A stretch of DNA of 63,881 nt, filler included, from Octopus bimaculoides (taxonomy: Eukaryota), in NCBI RefSeq assembly GCF_001194135.2. It is 5 parts of 5 records of this genome, joined end to end, with 100 filler letters (N's around TTAATTAATTAA, not from the genome) between each part and the next. Parts side by side here need not be neighbours in the genome. Positions count along the whole stretch, not along the records: positions 47,635 to 53,335 come from NC_068998.1; positions 53,436 to 61,804 come from NC_068991.1; positions 61,905 to 63,881 come from NC_069000.1; 2 more parts are not named here. One strand, given 5' to 3'. Below the pieces are notes generated by a model that saw only the letters and a list, made by a program, of their open reading frames with translations, was not told where the DNA came from and did no database searches. The position numbers and the translations under genes are program-made. Numbering within the stretch: position 1 is the first letter of the stretch; every line of letters begins with the position of its first letter. Shown piece by piece: positions 50,722 through 63,881 of this stretch.

Positions 50722-51715
50722 CACGGCTGGTTAAATGGAAGATTTTTTACTTTGATGCCTCTTGGCAAAGGTAGAGAGAGGTTCCTTATTTCATGACTAA
50801 TAATATAATTCTGAGGCAAACGATTCTTTCGCTGTCAAACATGACAGCATGCGAGCATGCCAAGCAGAGAAGAGGCCATCTTCATCTGGTCTAGTATATG
50901 ATATATATACGTGTGTGTGTGTGTATGTATGTATATATGTATTATATGTACGTATGTATGTATATATGTATATACGTATGTATGTATGTATATACGTATA
51001 TATATATGTATTTATGTATATATATATATANNNNNNNNNNNNNNNNNNNNNNNNNNNNNNNNNNNNNNNNNNNNNNNNNNNNNNNNNNNNNNNNNNNNNN
51101 NNNNNNNNNNNNNNNNNNNNNNNNNNNNNNNNNNNNNNNNNNNNNNNNNNNNNNNNNNNNNNNNNNNNNNNNNNNNNNNNNNNNNNNNNNNNNNNNNNNN
51201 NNNNNNNNNNNNNNNNNNNNNNNNNNNNNNNNNNNNNNNNNNNNNNNNNNNNNNNNNNNNNNNNNNNNNNNNNNNNNNNNNNNNNNNNNNNNNNNNNNNN
51301 NNNNNNNNNNNNNNNNNNNNNNNNNNNNNNNNNNNNNNNNNNNNNNNNNNNNNNNNNNNNNNNNNNNNNNNNNNNNNNNNNNNNNNNNNNTATATATATA
51401 TATATATATATATATGCATAAAGATACAGAGACCTACCAACATACACACACACCTACACACACACACACACACATACACACATGCACACACAGAGACACA
51501 CACGCATATATATATTTAAGCGACTTTCAGTTAAGCATCTCGGTCAGTTACCTAACCACATCAAACATTTCTTGCACCAAATCAATCGACCAATCAATCG
51601 ATCAATCTGATCTGACAGAATTTCTCCGGTTTATCTCTTTCCCCATTCACACTTCAAAAACGTTCTGATTTTTAACACCAACCCGCATCAATCTGTCTAT
51701 CCCCCCTCACTATCC

Positions 51716-51792
<77 letters not shown>

Positions 51793-52044
51793 GTATGCTT
51801 TTTATCTCTCGTTCTCTCTCCTTCCAACTTCACCAATTACACATCGTAGTTATTTTTCCCATAACTGTTTCCGATTTCCCACTTCACCATCTTTATTCGA
51901 CCATACCATTTCCATACCCGTTTCCGGCACTACTTAAATAATATGAAATCTGGCCTCCGGACGATGTAGGCTTCAAGAATATAGGGTTTATTAAAACATT
52001 TGGTCAAGAACAAAACTCATATATATACACACTCGTATATATAT

Positions 52045-52146
<102 letters not shown>

Positions 52147-52889
52147 NNNNNNNNNNNNNNNNNNNNNNNNNNNNNNNNNNNNNNNNNNNNNNNNNNNNNN
52201 NNNNNNNNNNNNNNNNNNNNNNNNNNNNNNNNNNNNNNNNNNNNNNNNNNNNNNNNNNNNNNNNNNNNNNNNNNNNNNNNNNNNNNNNNNNNNNNNNNNN
52301 NNNNNNNNNNNNNNNNNNNNNNNNNNNNNNNNNNNNNNNNNNNNNNNNNNNNNNNNNNNNNNNNNNNNNNNNNNNNNNNNNNNNNNNNNNNNNNNNNNNN
52401 NNNNNNNNNNNNNNNNNNNNNNNNNNNNNNNNNNNNNNNNNNNNNNNNNNNNNNNNNNNNNNNNNNNNNNNNNNNNNNNNNNNNNNNNNNNNNNNNNNNN
52501 NNNNNNNNNNNNNNNNNNNNNNNNNNNNNNNNNNNNNNNNNNNNNNNNNNNNNNNNNNNNNNNNNNNNNNNNNNNNNNNNNNNNNNNNNNNNNNNNNNNN
52601 NNNNNNNNNNNNNNNNNNNNNNNNNNNNNNNNNNNNNNNNNNNNNNNNNNNNNNNNNNNCTTCTTTATAGGTTTAGCCCATCTTCAGCTGTGGTATCATC
52701 TGAGTTACTGTAGTTTTGCGCTGATGAAACAGACATATAATCAGAAGGATACCTGCATGGACAATTCTGTTCCTATTCAAACATACGTGTATCTAGGATT
52801 GCATTATCCTTATCTATGGTGAAAAGTTTGGTTATGAGTCAATTAAGCATAGCATCAGTGACAGATCGCAACTATATCTAGAAGACATT

Positions 52890-53034
52890 ATGTACATTAT
52901 TTACATTTGACAGATATTTCTCCTCATCTTGTTTGTTGTTAACACAACGTTTCGGCTGATATACCCTCCAGCCTTCATCAGGTGTCTTGGAGGAAATTTC
53001 GAACCAGGGTTCTCATTCCAAAGGTATTTTTCGA

Positions 53035-53035
<1 letters not shown>
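52890..53035 (-). mobile_element. Short (~150 bp) hammerhead-containing element next to (ATT)n
   Basis: Non-microsatellite island carrying the HHR motif at 52941-52986; boundaries approximate. Confidence 0.55.
52941..52986 (-). ncRNA. Minimal type I hammerhead ribozyme motif
   Basis: Minus strand: GACAC-CUGAUGA-A-GGCUG(gagggtatat)CAGCC-GAAA-CG-UU-GUGUU. Stems I and II pair, and stem III is the palindrome ACGU. Confidence 0.8.
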
Positions 53036-53102
<67 letters not shown>

Positions 53103-53298
53103 ACTATTCAAGTAGCCCGCGCTCTTAACCACTACGCCATATATTATATACATCTATAACTTCGCAAATATTTTTGACTGTGAGTGTTTGTTATATATTT
53201 ACATATATATATTTGTGTGTGTGTGTGAGTGTGTGCATGTGTGTGTGGATGTATGTGTGTATATATGTGTATGCATATAAATACATGTGTAGCTATAT

Positions 53299-53335
<37 letters not shown>

Positions 53336-53440
53336 NNNNNNNNNNNNNNNNNNNNNNNNNNNNNNNNNNNNNNNNNNNNTTAATTAATTAANNNNNNNNN
53401 NNNNNNNNNNNNNNNNNNNNNNNNNNNNNNNNNNNCATTG

Positions 53441-53488
<48 letters not shown>

Positions 53489-53907
53489 GTATATATATGT
53501 ATATGTACACATACATACATATTTCATGAAGGTAATTCATAGTTATAAACACCACAATAATATAATGCATGGAGTTATCATGAACACGATAGATTTCAGC
53601 ACATTAGAAAGTATACACCGATATAGAAAATACATTAAAAATACATTAAAAACTGACGTCCTGTTATCAAGTCTGTCACATACTTTATTAATATTTAGCA
53701 TATTTTCGACATCAACATCCGCAAATGCAACAATTAAAAAATAAAAAAGCAACCCCATCATCGTCATTATCATCATCACTAGTATCATCACCACACTACA
53801 TTCAACCCGTTACTACCACATCATCATCACCATTACTGCTGCCCTCGTCATTATGATTACGACTATCAACTGGTACCTGTTAACAATAACGACAACAACA
53901 TCATCAT

Positions 53908-53966
<59 letters not shown>

Positions 53967-54127
53967 ACAACAACAACAAGGTACATCAAGATGAATGAAG
54001 GAATGATGCAGTAGAATACGAAAAACAAGGAAACAAGAAAAATATATAAGAATGTTATTAGTGATTAATTTATTGAATTTTTTTCTTTTTAGGGGAAAAT
54101 AAACCCCATAATATTATCAAATATTGC

Positions 54128-54162
<35 letters not shown>

Positions 54163-54202
54163 GTTGTTGTTGTTGTTGATGATGATGTTGTTGTTGTTGT
54201 TA

Positions 54203-54410
54203 AGGCGGCGTGCTGGCAGAAACGTTAGCTCACCGGGTGAAATGTTTGACGGTATCTTGTCTGCCACTACGTTCGGAGTTCAAATTCCACCGAGGACGAC
54301 TTTGCTATTCATACTTTCGCGGTCACTGAATTAAATACCAGTGAAACACATGGGTCTCCGTAATCAACTAGTCCCCTCCCCTCATATCCCAGGCCATGTT
54401 TTTTCAGTAG
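54203..54410 (+). mobile_element. SINE-C copy downstream of (TTA)n(TTG)n
   Basis: AAGGCGGCGTGCTGGCAGAAACGTTAGC head plus core. Confidence 0.85.
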
Positions 54411-54449
54411 AAAGGACTGTTGTTGTTGGTGGTGGATGTGAGGGTGGTG

Positions 54450-54731
54450 TTCTTCTTCTTCTTCTTCTTCTTCTTCTTCTTCTTCTTCTTCTTCTTCTTC
54501 TTCTTCTTCTTCTTCTTCTTCTTCTTCTTCTTCTTCTTCTTCTTCTTCTTCTTCTTCTTNNNNNNNNNNNNNNNNNNNNNNNNNNNNNNNNNNNNNNNNN
54601 NNNNNNNNNNNNNNNNNNNNNCTTCTTCTTCTTCTTCTTCTTCTTCTTCTTCTTCTTCTTCTTCTTCTTCTTCTTCTTCTTCTTCTTCTTCTTCTTCTTC
54701 TTCTTCTTCTTCTTCTTCTTCTTCTTCTTCT
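54450..54731. repeat. (CTT)n microsatellite with gap
   Basis: Direct reading. Confidence 0.95.
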
Positions 54732-55238
54732 CATTATTATTATTATTATTGTCCTTGTTATTGCTATAACTATTTTACTTGGAATATATGAGTAGTATCA
54801 TACACGTATACAACAGCTACGCTTGTACTTCATTATTTTCTACGTTTCATCCAGCAGAGCATTGCATAGGTTTACACGAAAGCTCTAAGATAAATGATTT
54901 ATCATTTCCAAGATATAGACACATACGCACTCACGAGCAAACATACATACTCTCCCTGACACACACAGTTACACATTGATTGGTTACTGAAACGGCTTCG
55001 CAATCATGAGTCTGCAAAGACTCAACCTCATGACATTGTTTCTTGTGTAACAATATTTGCTATAGACTCATGACCAACCAATCGTCACATGTAAAATGTG
55101 CGTTGACATGTTAGATTGTATATGTAATTCAAAGACCCAACCGTGTTATGATTGTTTGTCACACTTATTTGTTTTGAGAATGATGTGAAGGAGACTACAT
55201 GTAGCGATTAACGCGCTTATTTGACTAACCAATGGAAT

Positions 55239-55274
<36 letters not shown>

Positions 55275-55277
<3 letters not shown>

Positions 55278-55558
55278 CAGACTCGCCCGTCAAAGATGAA
55301 ATATGAGCATTCAGCTCTTGCCGAATGACCTGCACAAATGATTTGTTTATAGTGACCAAATGTTCGTGACGTACATTAGTTCACTACTGCCACCAAATCG
55401 ACGTTGCTTACGCAGGTGCACGGCGTACCAAACAACAGGTGTCGAAGAACGTGAGATGAAGTGTTTTGCTCAAGAGTACAATGCATCACCCCATCTAGGA
55501 AGTGAAACTATGATCGTGTGATTGTAAACGCATCGGCCTAACCAGTAGGCCATGCGTC
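55275..55558 (-). mobile_element. SINE-D-head element, diverged
   Basis: Revcomp gacgcatggcctactggttagg...gtactcttgagcaaaacacttcatctcacgtt. Confidence 0.65.
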
Positions 55559-55773
55559 ATCATAAACCCATACACGTAGGCACGCACGCACGAACGCACG
55601 AACGCACGAACGCACGCACACACACACATATACGCGAGTGGGTGTAAACATAATTCATAGCAAATAGAATACAAATACATAACAAAATAAAAAAGAAATA
55701 ATGTATGTTAGCTTAAATAAAAATATACGTTTTGAGATAAAACACATCAAATACAATACAAGAATCCTTTCCA

Positions 55774-55810
<37 letters not shown>

Positions 55811-56327
55811 TATTGGCTGGTGTGTTTTAATGAGATTTCTACATCACCCTCAAGGCTATGCTAAAGAACAGCTTTTTTGTATACTTAATAATTATTTTCC
55901 TTTTACGCATCTACTAGATTTAGTCATTGTTCTGCAGTTAGAACGTACAGATGCCTTGGTTGTGGGTATTGTAAATCCTCCTGTAAGGTCTGTGTCCTCC
56001 GGAGGTGCCAAAGCACCTATATTAAAGGAAATGTTTAAAAAAATCTTAATGCTTTATGTATACATGCACTGATAAGGGAGATAATCACCCTATGAACAAC
56101 GCTAGGTTCACAGGACTAGACTAATTTCAGTTGTAATTTCAGTCTCTAGCTGGTTTAGCTAATTTAGCGGATAAACAGTGTGTATATGAAGCATTAATAT
56201 AAGGAGCTATGCGTAATATATCATAAAGGAATAATTTCATGGTTACTAATTGTGACTGAGGGTACTAAAGCACCTATATTGCAAGAAATAAGTTTTAAAA
56301 AGTCTTAATACTGTATGAAGCGCACAC

Positions 56328-56365
<38 letters not shown>

Positions 56366-56878
56366 NNNNNNNNNNNNNNNNNNNNNNNNNNNNNNNNNNN
56401 NNNNNNNNNNNNNNNNNNNNNNNNNNNNNNNNNNNNNNNNNNNNNNNNNNNNNNNNNNNNNNNNNNNNNNNNNNNNNNNNNNNNNNNNNNNNNNNNNNNN
56501 NNNNNNNNNNNNNNNNNNNNNNNNNNNNNNNNNNNNNNNNNNNNNNNNNNNNNNNNNNNNNNNNNNNNNNNNNNNNNNNNNNNNNNNNNNNNNNNNNNNN
56601 NNNNNNNNNNNNNNNNNNNNNNNNNNNNNNNNNNNNNNNNNNNNNNNNNNNNNNNNNNNNNNNNNNNNNNNNNNNNNNNNNNNNNNNNNNNNNNNNNNNN
56701 NNNNNNNNNNNNNNNNNNNNNNNNNNNNNNNNNNNATATACACTGACAAGGAAGATAACCGCCCGATAACTGAATCTTTTAATATATACATTAGTATTTT
56801 GCTAAGTTAGCCATAAATTTATATACTAAATATATATACTAACAGGTGAATTTAGCCAAACCAGCAAGCGACTGAGTA

Positions 56879-56931
56879 ATCACCTCTGACGAACCTACGA
56901 CTGATAGGTGAAACTAGTCTAATCCAGTGAT
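56879..56931 (+). ncRNA. Hammerhead ribozyme-like motif (core intact, stem I degenerate)
   Basis: CUGACGA-ACCUA(cgactga)UAGGU-GAAA-CUAG-UC with palindromic ACUAGU stem III and a GUC triplet. Only distal ATCAC/GTGAT pairing remains in stem I. Confidence 0.6.
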
Positions 56932-57063
56932 CTTAGAATTGCTCACACACACTCACATATATGCATGTATATATTTATATATACATACATATTAATTTAT
57001 GACTGATTTACCAAAATACTAGTGTGTATATTAAAACACATGGGGCGGTTGTCTCTCCTGTCA

Positions 57064-57113
<50 letters not shown>

Positions 57114-57440
57114 AAGAGGATTTGAAAATGCAGAAGTCTTTTAAAAATGCTTTTTGACTTCACCGGTTTCATTTTTTTAAAGTGTAAATATTTGTGTAAC
57201 TTTTGTGGTGTTAAAAATTAGTTAACATACATCTATTAAAATACAGTGATAGCGGCTTTGACAATCATAAAAAAATGTTAAGAGAGGCTAATGTGTTTAA
57301 TCATTTTACATAAAAGTGTTCAATATAGGCAAGTAAAATAAGTTCATAATTTGTTAATAAGTTTATCAGAAATAATAATTGTTTATAAACATATATACAG
57401 AAAGAATTTGTAGACTGTATTTGATAGGAGAAAGCGTGTA

Positions 57441-58017
57441 TTGCTTTGTCAAAAGTTTATCAACAACTTGGCTGGCTACCTCGTTTTATGTTCTCACACA
57501 TACGACCAACTCAATAAATTCAAAACTTTATTCCACAGCGTCAACAACCATATCCAATTTACAATAGTATATGGTCAAGACCAATTCCCTTTTCTAGAGA
57601 TCCTAATTATAAAACAAGGTACCAAGATTAAAACTGATACCCACTTCAAACCGACTGATTTCAAACAATACCGCCTATTCACCTCCATCGACTCAAAGCA
57701 CACGAAGACAAACATCCCCTTCAATCTAGCAAGAAGAATCTGTACAATTGTCCCAAATTATGAAACGTGAAATAAAAGACTGCAGGAACTAAAAGAAATT
57801 CTCGTTTATGGAATAAAACGGGCAAGGCAATCGATAGCCAAGACTCACGACAACCGAAACACACTCAAGGTACATTAAATAGTCTCCCATGTATCTCAAC
57901 GCACAATCCAAGAAATACAGAAGCTTACACGATTATATACAAAAACATCCCACTACTGAGTCAAGACCCGTTTAAAAAAGCACTTGAAACCCATAAAATA
58001 ATAAAAAGCAAGAGACA
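57441..58017 (+). mobile_element. Penelope-like element RT C-terminus/thumb/linker fragment, degenerate
   Basis: HIQFT..QFPFLEILI..TDTHFKPTDFKQYRLFTSIDSKHTKTNIPFNLARRICTIV, then ISTHNP and KIIKSKRQ after frameshifts. Confidence 0.82.
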
Positions 58018-58018
58018 A

Positions 58019-58071
<53 letters not shown>

Positions 58072-58344
58072 TGGGTTCTTGTCTACAGCTACTCCTTATC
58101 TGTCTTCCTCCGTGACTGTCAGTTTCAGATTAAAAAGACAACTCTATGGGAATATAGATGTGATAACGCTTCAGAGAAGAAGGACACCAACTATAAATAT
58201 CCGTGACTTGGTAGCTTTTCTCTTTGTCAAACCGTTAATTTACAGGAATATGAATAAAAACAAGCTCGCAGCTAATCGGTGAAGTAGAATACACAAAGAG
58301 GTACACACCCCCAAATACATAAACGTAAACTTGTATATGTCTAT

Positions 58345-58510
58345 GAATATAAATATGACGGACTTCCACACAGTGTCCATTAGAAAAATTTGCTTTAAAT
58401 ACATTGGGCGAATCAGTGCTATAGTAGATGATACTTACCATAGTGCTGTGTTTTGGCTTTGAATACGGGATCACGTGGTTGCGAAGTGAATTTCTTAACG
58501 ATATAACCAT
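58345..58510 (-). mobile_element. Old SINE-AB-related body fragment
   Basis: gacggacttccacacagtgtcc..gctatagtagatgatacttacc.. weak homology. Confidence 0.5.
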
Positions 58511-61500
58511 TTTCTGAAATCCTGTATTACGTATAAAAAAGAAAAAAAATAATCATTTTTGATAGTTGAAAGATTTAAAAAAAATATAAATCCATTGCAA
58601 AAGATCGATTAATCTATTAATAACTGGTTTTGGAAATTCCATATCATTATTAATCGGTAATATATTTATATATTTCCGATTAATTTTAAGACCTAATTTT
58701 CAGAGATTTTTCCAAGCAACCACGCAGAAGATATCTTATATACAATTTCGATATCTATTGGAATGGAAAATGAATGCTGAACACAAGAATGCTCAAAAAG
58801 GTCCTGGAATCTGAACTAACAAAAGGTCACTGCCGAAGATTATGCCTGCATTTAGCATTAAATCTAATAAGTAGGAAAAGGTAACTGATGAGTGTATGAA
58901 CAAAAGGCAAGCAAGCAAAAATGGAATTGTCGTTGCAAGTTGCGTTTGTAATTAAGCTGAAAGAAGAGAACCACGAGAACAGAGATTGTTCGACAACTTC
59001 TAGGGCAAAGGTCATTTCTGAAGATTCAAAGCAGATATTGTGATCAACGATGCATGTCAAACATCGTAAAGTAGATTCATGTTATCATAAATATCAGCAA
59101 CATCAACAAAGAAACTTGGAAACATGGCCGACAAGATAGATGCTAGAAAGAGAGAGATAACTTTATAGTCATACAATTGCAATGTGATGACCAATGGAAT
59201 GGCAGACATAATTAGTATTACATTAAATGTTATACAATATTTAGTTCACTGCGTTTCATGCTATTATATGAAATTCCTCCGAGGTCAACTTTAATTTTCA
59301 TATCTTTGCGGTTGATGATACAATGTGCCGTTAAAGAATTGGGCCCTGTATAGTCAACTATACATGCAATTTTGTGCTCATGTTTGAAATTCATATGTTA
59401 AAACTTGTCCTATATATATATTTGGAATTTAATATGTCAGAAAGTTAGAAACGCTAAAGTGTCACATTAAATCTTTCCGGTATATAGTTATGTCTCTTAC
59501 CGTTCATTTCAATGCACAAATACCCATGTGGTGGGTGACATATCATTCATCCTTTAGGGGTCAGTTGAATACGTACTTCTATGGGTATAATCAATTGCTA
59601 ATTGGGAACTGGGACCAATCCCCAAATAAGAAAGGAGAATAGTCTGAAGAACTTTGCACAATGAACTGCCATTAAAGAAGTGACAATCTAAATTCTTGGA
59701 CACAAGGGAACAGCTATGGACATGCGTTTCAAGCACAACACGCAGGTGTCATCAGCACAACACGTGTCCTACATTGACTCCAGTAAACGGAGGGCATAGT
59801 CATTTACGCAAAAGGTAAAACACTCTCATATGTATGACCAGCAAAAACTTGCTTTTTTTTTTTTTAATATTCACAAATATATTTGCAAAGGAATTCAGCA
59901 GAATTAGAAACAATAATTAATTTTATTAACAAACACATCCACTCTATATGCTGAGTATAACATTGCTTTTAGTTTTCATGTTCCCATTCTTCATACGACA
60001 ACATAAATAAAAAATCACCAGTCTGTCTGTTTGTCTGTTCGCACCTGCCTGAAAATTCACAAGTATCCGCATATATATNNNNNNNNNNNNNNNNNNNNNN
60101 NNNNNNNNNNNNNNNNNNNNNNNNNNNNNNNNNNNNNNNNNNNNNNNNNNNNNNNNNNNNNNNNNNNNNNNNNNNNNNNNNNNNNNNNNNNNNNNNNNNN
60201 NNNNNNNNNNNNNNNNNNNNNNNNNNNNNNNNNNNNNNNNNNNNNNNNNNNNNNNNNNNNNNNNNNNNNNNNNNNNNNNNNNNNNNNNNNNNNNNNNNNN
60301 NNNNNNNNNNNNNNNNNNNNNNNNNNNNNNNNNNNNNNNNNNNNNNNNNNNNNNNNNNNNNNNNNNNNNNNNNNNNNNNNNNNNNNNNNNNNNNNNNNNN
60401 NNNNNNNNNNNNNNNNNNNNNNNNNNNNNNNNNNNNNNNNNNNNNNNNNNNNNNNNNNNNNNNNNNNNNNNNNNNNNNNNNNNNNNNNNNNNNNNNNNNN
60501 NNNNNNNNNNNNNNNNNNNNNNNNNNNNNNNNNNNNNNNNNNNNNNNNNNNNNNNNNNNNNNNNNNNNNNNNNNNNNNNNNNNNNNNNNNNNNNNNNNNN
60601 NNNNNNNNNNNNNNNNNNNNNNNNNNNNNNNNNNNNNNNNNNNNNNNNNNNNNNNNNNNNNNNNNNNNNNNNNNNNNNNNNNNNNNNNNNNNNNNNNNNN
60701 NNNNNNNNNNNNNNNNNNNNNNNNNNNNNNNNNNNNNNNNNNNNNNNNNNNNNNNNNNNNNNNNNNNNNNNNNNNNNNNNNNNNNNNNNNNNNNNNNNNN
60801 NNNNNNNNNNNNNNNNNNNNNNNNNNNNNNNNNNNNNNNATATATTAAAGAAGGGAAATTCACACAGTTTACATACTTTTCATATATTTTAAATGAAAGA
60901 GTATTGTAATTACGTATTTTCTTAAGAAGATTTTAGTCCATGTTCTTGTATGAAAGTTTGTGAATGAATCAACAAGTAAAAAAATCTACGAGGAGGTAAA
61001 TGGTGATAGTCATTACTCAGAACATAGGAGGTAATTGCTCATTTTTGGGGTGAGATGAATAAACATACAAAAACACATATGCTAAAGTATTGAGATAAAA
61101 TATGCACACTGATGGATATGTGATCATGAATGAGAATATATACTGAGGCCACAGTTGTTTATGCGTTCATATTTAGGGGCGTTCTGTATTTTTCGATAAA
61201 TGAATTTTCTTTGATTAAACGTTCTTGTTCAGAAATTGTTTCTTTGCACTGGTAGAAGGGGAAGACTGTGAAATTTGGTTGGAGATCCTCTGTACACTTC
61301 GATTAACAAATATATGTATATAAGATATACACACATAAAGCAAGACAGTGAAATTTGTAGTGTATCTAAATTATAAATTTAACGAATGGGAGTGCATAAA
61401 GCTACATCTATAAATCTATGACTGTATGTTTATGTGAATTAAATACACAAAAATGGTTGTGAAAGATGCAACATAAAGAAAACACGGAATATTTACCGTG

Positions 61501-61709
61501 TTGCCTTCTAGGATATCAGAATGTTTCAATGAATGTTGAACTCCAGACAGATGTTCGTTTAGTCACGCTACTAATAACAGTTGTTGACATCAGCCACACT
61601 GATTAAATATCTTGCTTACAACTAAAGACCAAAGGTAAATATTGCTTAATCCTTATGTTCATAGTGCGATATATTTGCGGTTCATTCTTCATTTTTGCTT
61701 GTTTGTATG

Positions 61710-61745
<36 letters not shown>

Positions 61746-62229
61746 CACACACACATAAATATCTATATATATATATGTATATGTATATATGTATGTATAC
61801 ATATNNNNNNNNNNNNNNNNNNNNNNNNNNNNNNNNNNNNNNNNNNNNTTAATTAATTAANNNNNNNNNNNNNNNNNNNNNNNNNNNNNNNNNNNNNNNN
61901 NNNNTATATATATATATATATATATGTATATATTGGGTGGGGTATAGGGATGTGTATGAATTGTTATACACAAATGTGTATGTATACGCGTATGCAAGTA
62001 CATGTGAGTGAGTGCGCGCATGCGTATATCTTGATGAGCGTGTTAGTTCACAGTACAGAAATAAAATATATCAGTTAGCTAAATTTGTAATTATTAAATA
62101 ATCATTAAATACTTTACATATAAGCCGTGTACAGTCCCTTATTTTAGATTGCGATGCTATTTTACTTTATGTAAAACAGCTCCGAATGCATAAGTATGTA
62201 ATCACATACATATATATATAAACTTTCAA

Positions 62230-62288
<59 letters not shown>

Positions 62289-62309
62289 CAAGAACGAAGT
62301 TAAAACATT

Positions 62310-62560
62310 TATTCATAGAGTATCTGCACATAACGGAGCGGGCTGGCGTAATCGTTACCGCGCCGGGCAAAATATTTAGCGGCATTTCGTCCGCCCTTGC
62401 GTTCTGAGTTCAAATTTTGCCGGTGTCGACTTTGCTTGTCATTCCTTTCGTGGGGGTGGTTTCGATAAAATAAGTACCATTTGGATAAATGGTCGTTGTT
62501 ATATATACCTACTCCTCCCCCACCCCGAATTCCAGACCTTGAGACAAAATTCGAAACTAA
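62310..62560 (-). mobile_element. SINE-C copy
   Basis: Head and core homology. Confidence 0.8.
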
Positions 62561-62792
62561 GGTTACCATAAAATTCCACATTCATACACAATTATACAAT
62601 AGTTGAATGCAGTAAACGCGTGGCCAACTGGTTACGTTGTTCGGCTCACGAAACAGAATCATGAGCTAACTTTCTGGGCGTCTCATAATCTGTTCATTTC
62701 AATATTTCTCAAATGAGTTGAGTACCAACAACTGCCGGTGTGTCTTTCACTTGTCAGCAATTGCATCCTCGCTATGCTTCTGGTGTGTGAAT

Positions 62793-62823
<31 letters not shown>

Positions 62824-62838
62824 ATTATATACATACAT

Positions 62839-62891
<53 letters not shown>

Positions 62892-63544
62892 NNNNNNNNN
62901 NNNNNNNNNNNNNNNNNNNNNNNNNNNNNNNNNNNNNNNNNNNNNNNNNNNNNNNNNNNNNNNNNNNNNNNNNNNNNNNNNNNNNNNNNNNNNNNNNNNN
63001 NNNNNNNNNNNNNNNNNNNNNNNNNNNNNNNNNNNNNNNNNNNNNNNNNNNNNNNNNNNNNNNNNNNNNNNNNNNNNNNNNNNNNNNNNNNNNNNNNNNN
63101 NNNNNNNNNNNNNNNNNNNNNNNNNNNNNNNNNNNNNNNNNNNNNNNNNNNNNNNNNNNNNNNNNNNNNNNNNNNNNNNNNNNNNNNNNNNNNNNNNNNN
63201 NNNNNNNNNNNNNNNNNNNNNNNNNNNNNNNNNNNNNNNNNNNNNNNNNNNNNNNNNNNNNNNNNNNNNNNNNNNNNNNNNNNNNNNNNNNNNNNNNTAT
63301 TCAAATTTATTCATTACTTGTTGATCGGTGCGCTGAAATATGTAGTATGTCTGTCTATGCATGTACATATGTATGTATGTATGTATGCATGTATGTATGT
63401 ATGTATGTATGTAAGCATGCATGCATTTATGTATGTATGTATGTATGTATGTATGTATGTATCTATCTATCTATCTATCCTTCCGTTTGTCTAAATACCT
63501 ATACATATATATTTTTCTTTGTCTCTCTCTCTGTGTCTCTCTCT

Positions 63545-63575
<31 letters not shown>

Positions 63576-63822
63576 GGTATACTTATGTCAAGGTTTCTTT
63601 GTTGTTTGAGAGTGCCTGTAGGTGCATTCGCGCCAGCGTCTATGAGTATACATACATCTAAATTAAATTACCATATTAAATATATATAAATCTCTATAAA
63701 GCTATTAATACACATATACGTATAATATAGAAATATAGATGTATATATGTATAAAGTATATCAATATCTCTATTCCTATGTATACATACATTTATATATG
63801 CATACACACACGTACACACACA

Positions 63823-63881
<59 letters not shown>

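Noticed and set aside
58880-58910. CTGATGAG as a third hammerhead
   Set aside because: No convincing stem II and no following GAAA.

Overview
AT-rich, microsatellite-dense animal genomic DNA with many N gaps and four artificial TTAATTAATTAA scaffold linkers. The repeat content, including TTAGGG-type telomeric motifs and tRNA-derived SINEs, looks like a cephalopod and most like Octopus (inference). No intact host gene is supported. Most ORF-track entries are artefacts of N runs or microsatellites. Recognisable content is almost all mobile DNA: L1/Tx1-like LINE fragments, R4/Dong-like REL-endonuclease LINE fragments, an internally deleted mariner with intact TIRs and TA TSD, two Penelope-like fragments, a non-autonomous Helitron, hAT and Merlin-like MITEs, and many copies of 4-5 SINE families. 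Most interesting: (1) two related elements inserted head-to-tail at the same 15-bp site in a SINE head, each bounded by AGTAGCTTGCTTACC, the longer apparently carrying only an ORF1-like gene, suggesting a SINE-targeting non-autonomous retroelement; (2) two minimal hammerhead-ribozyme motifs; (3) a 112-bp TIR/8-bp-TSD MITE and a ~340-bp foldback, both carrying telomere-like repeats; (4) a CpG-depleted block at ~33-46 kb suggesting a methylated gene body. Family labels SINE-AB, C, D and E are working names for this window only. SINE boundaries are approximate.
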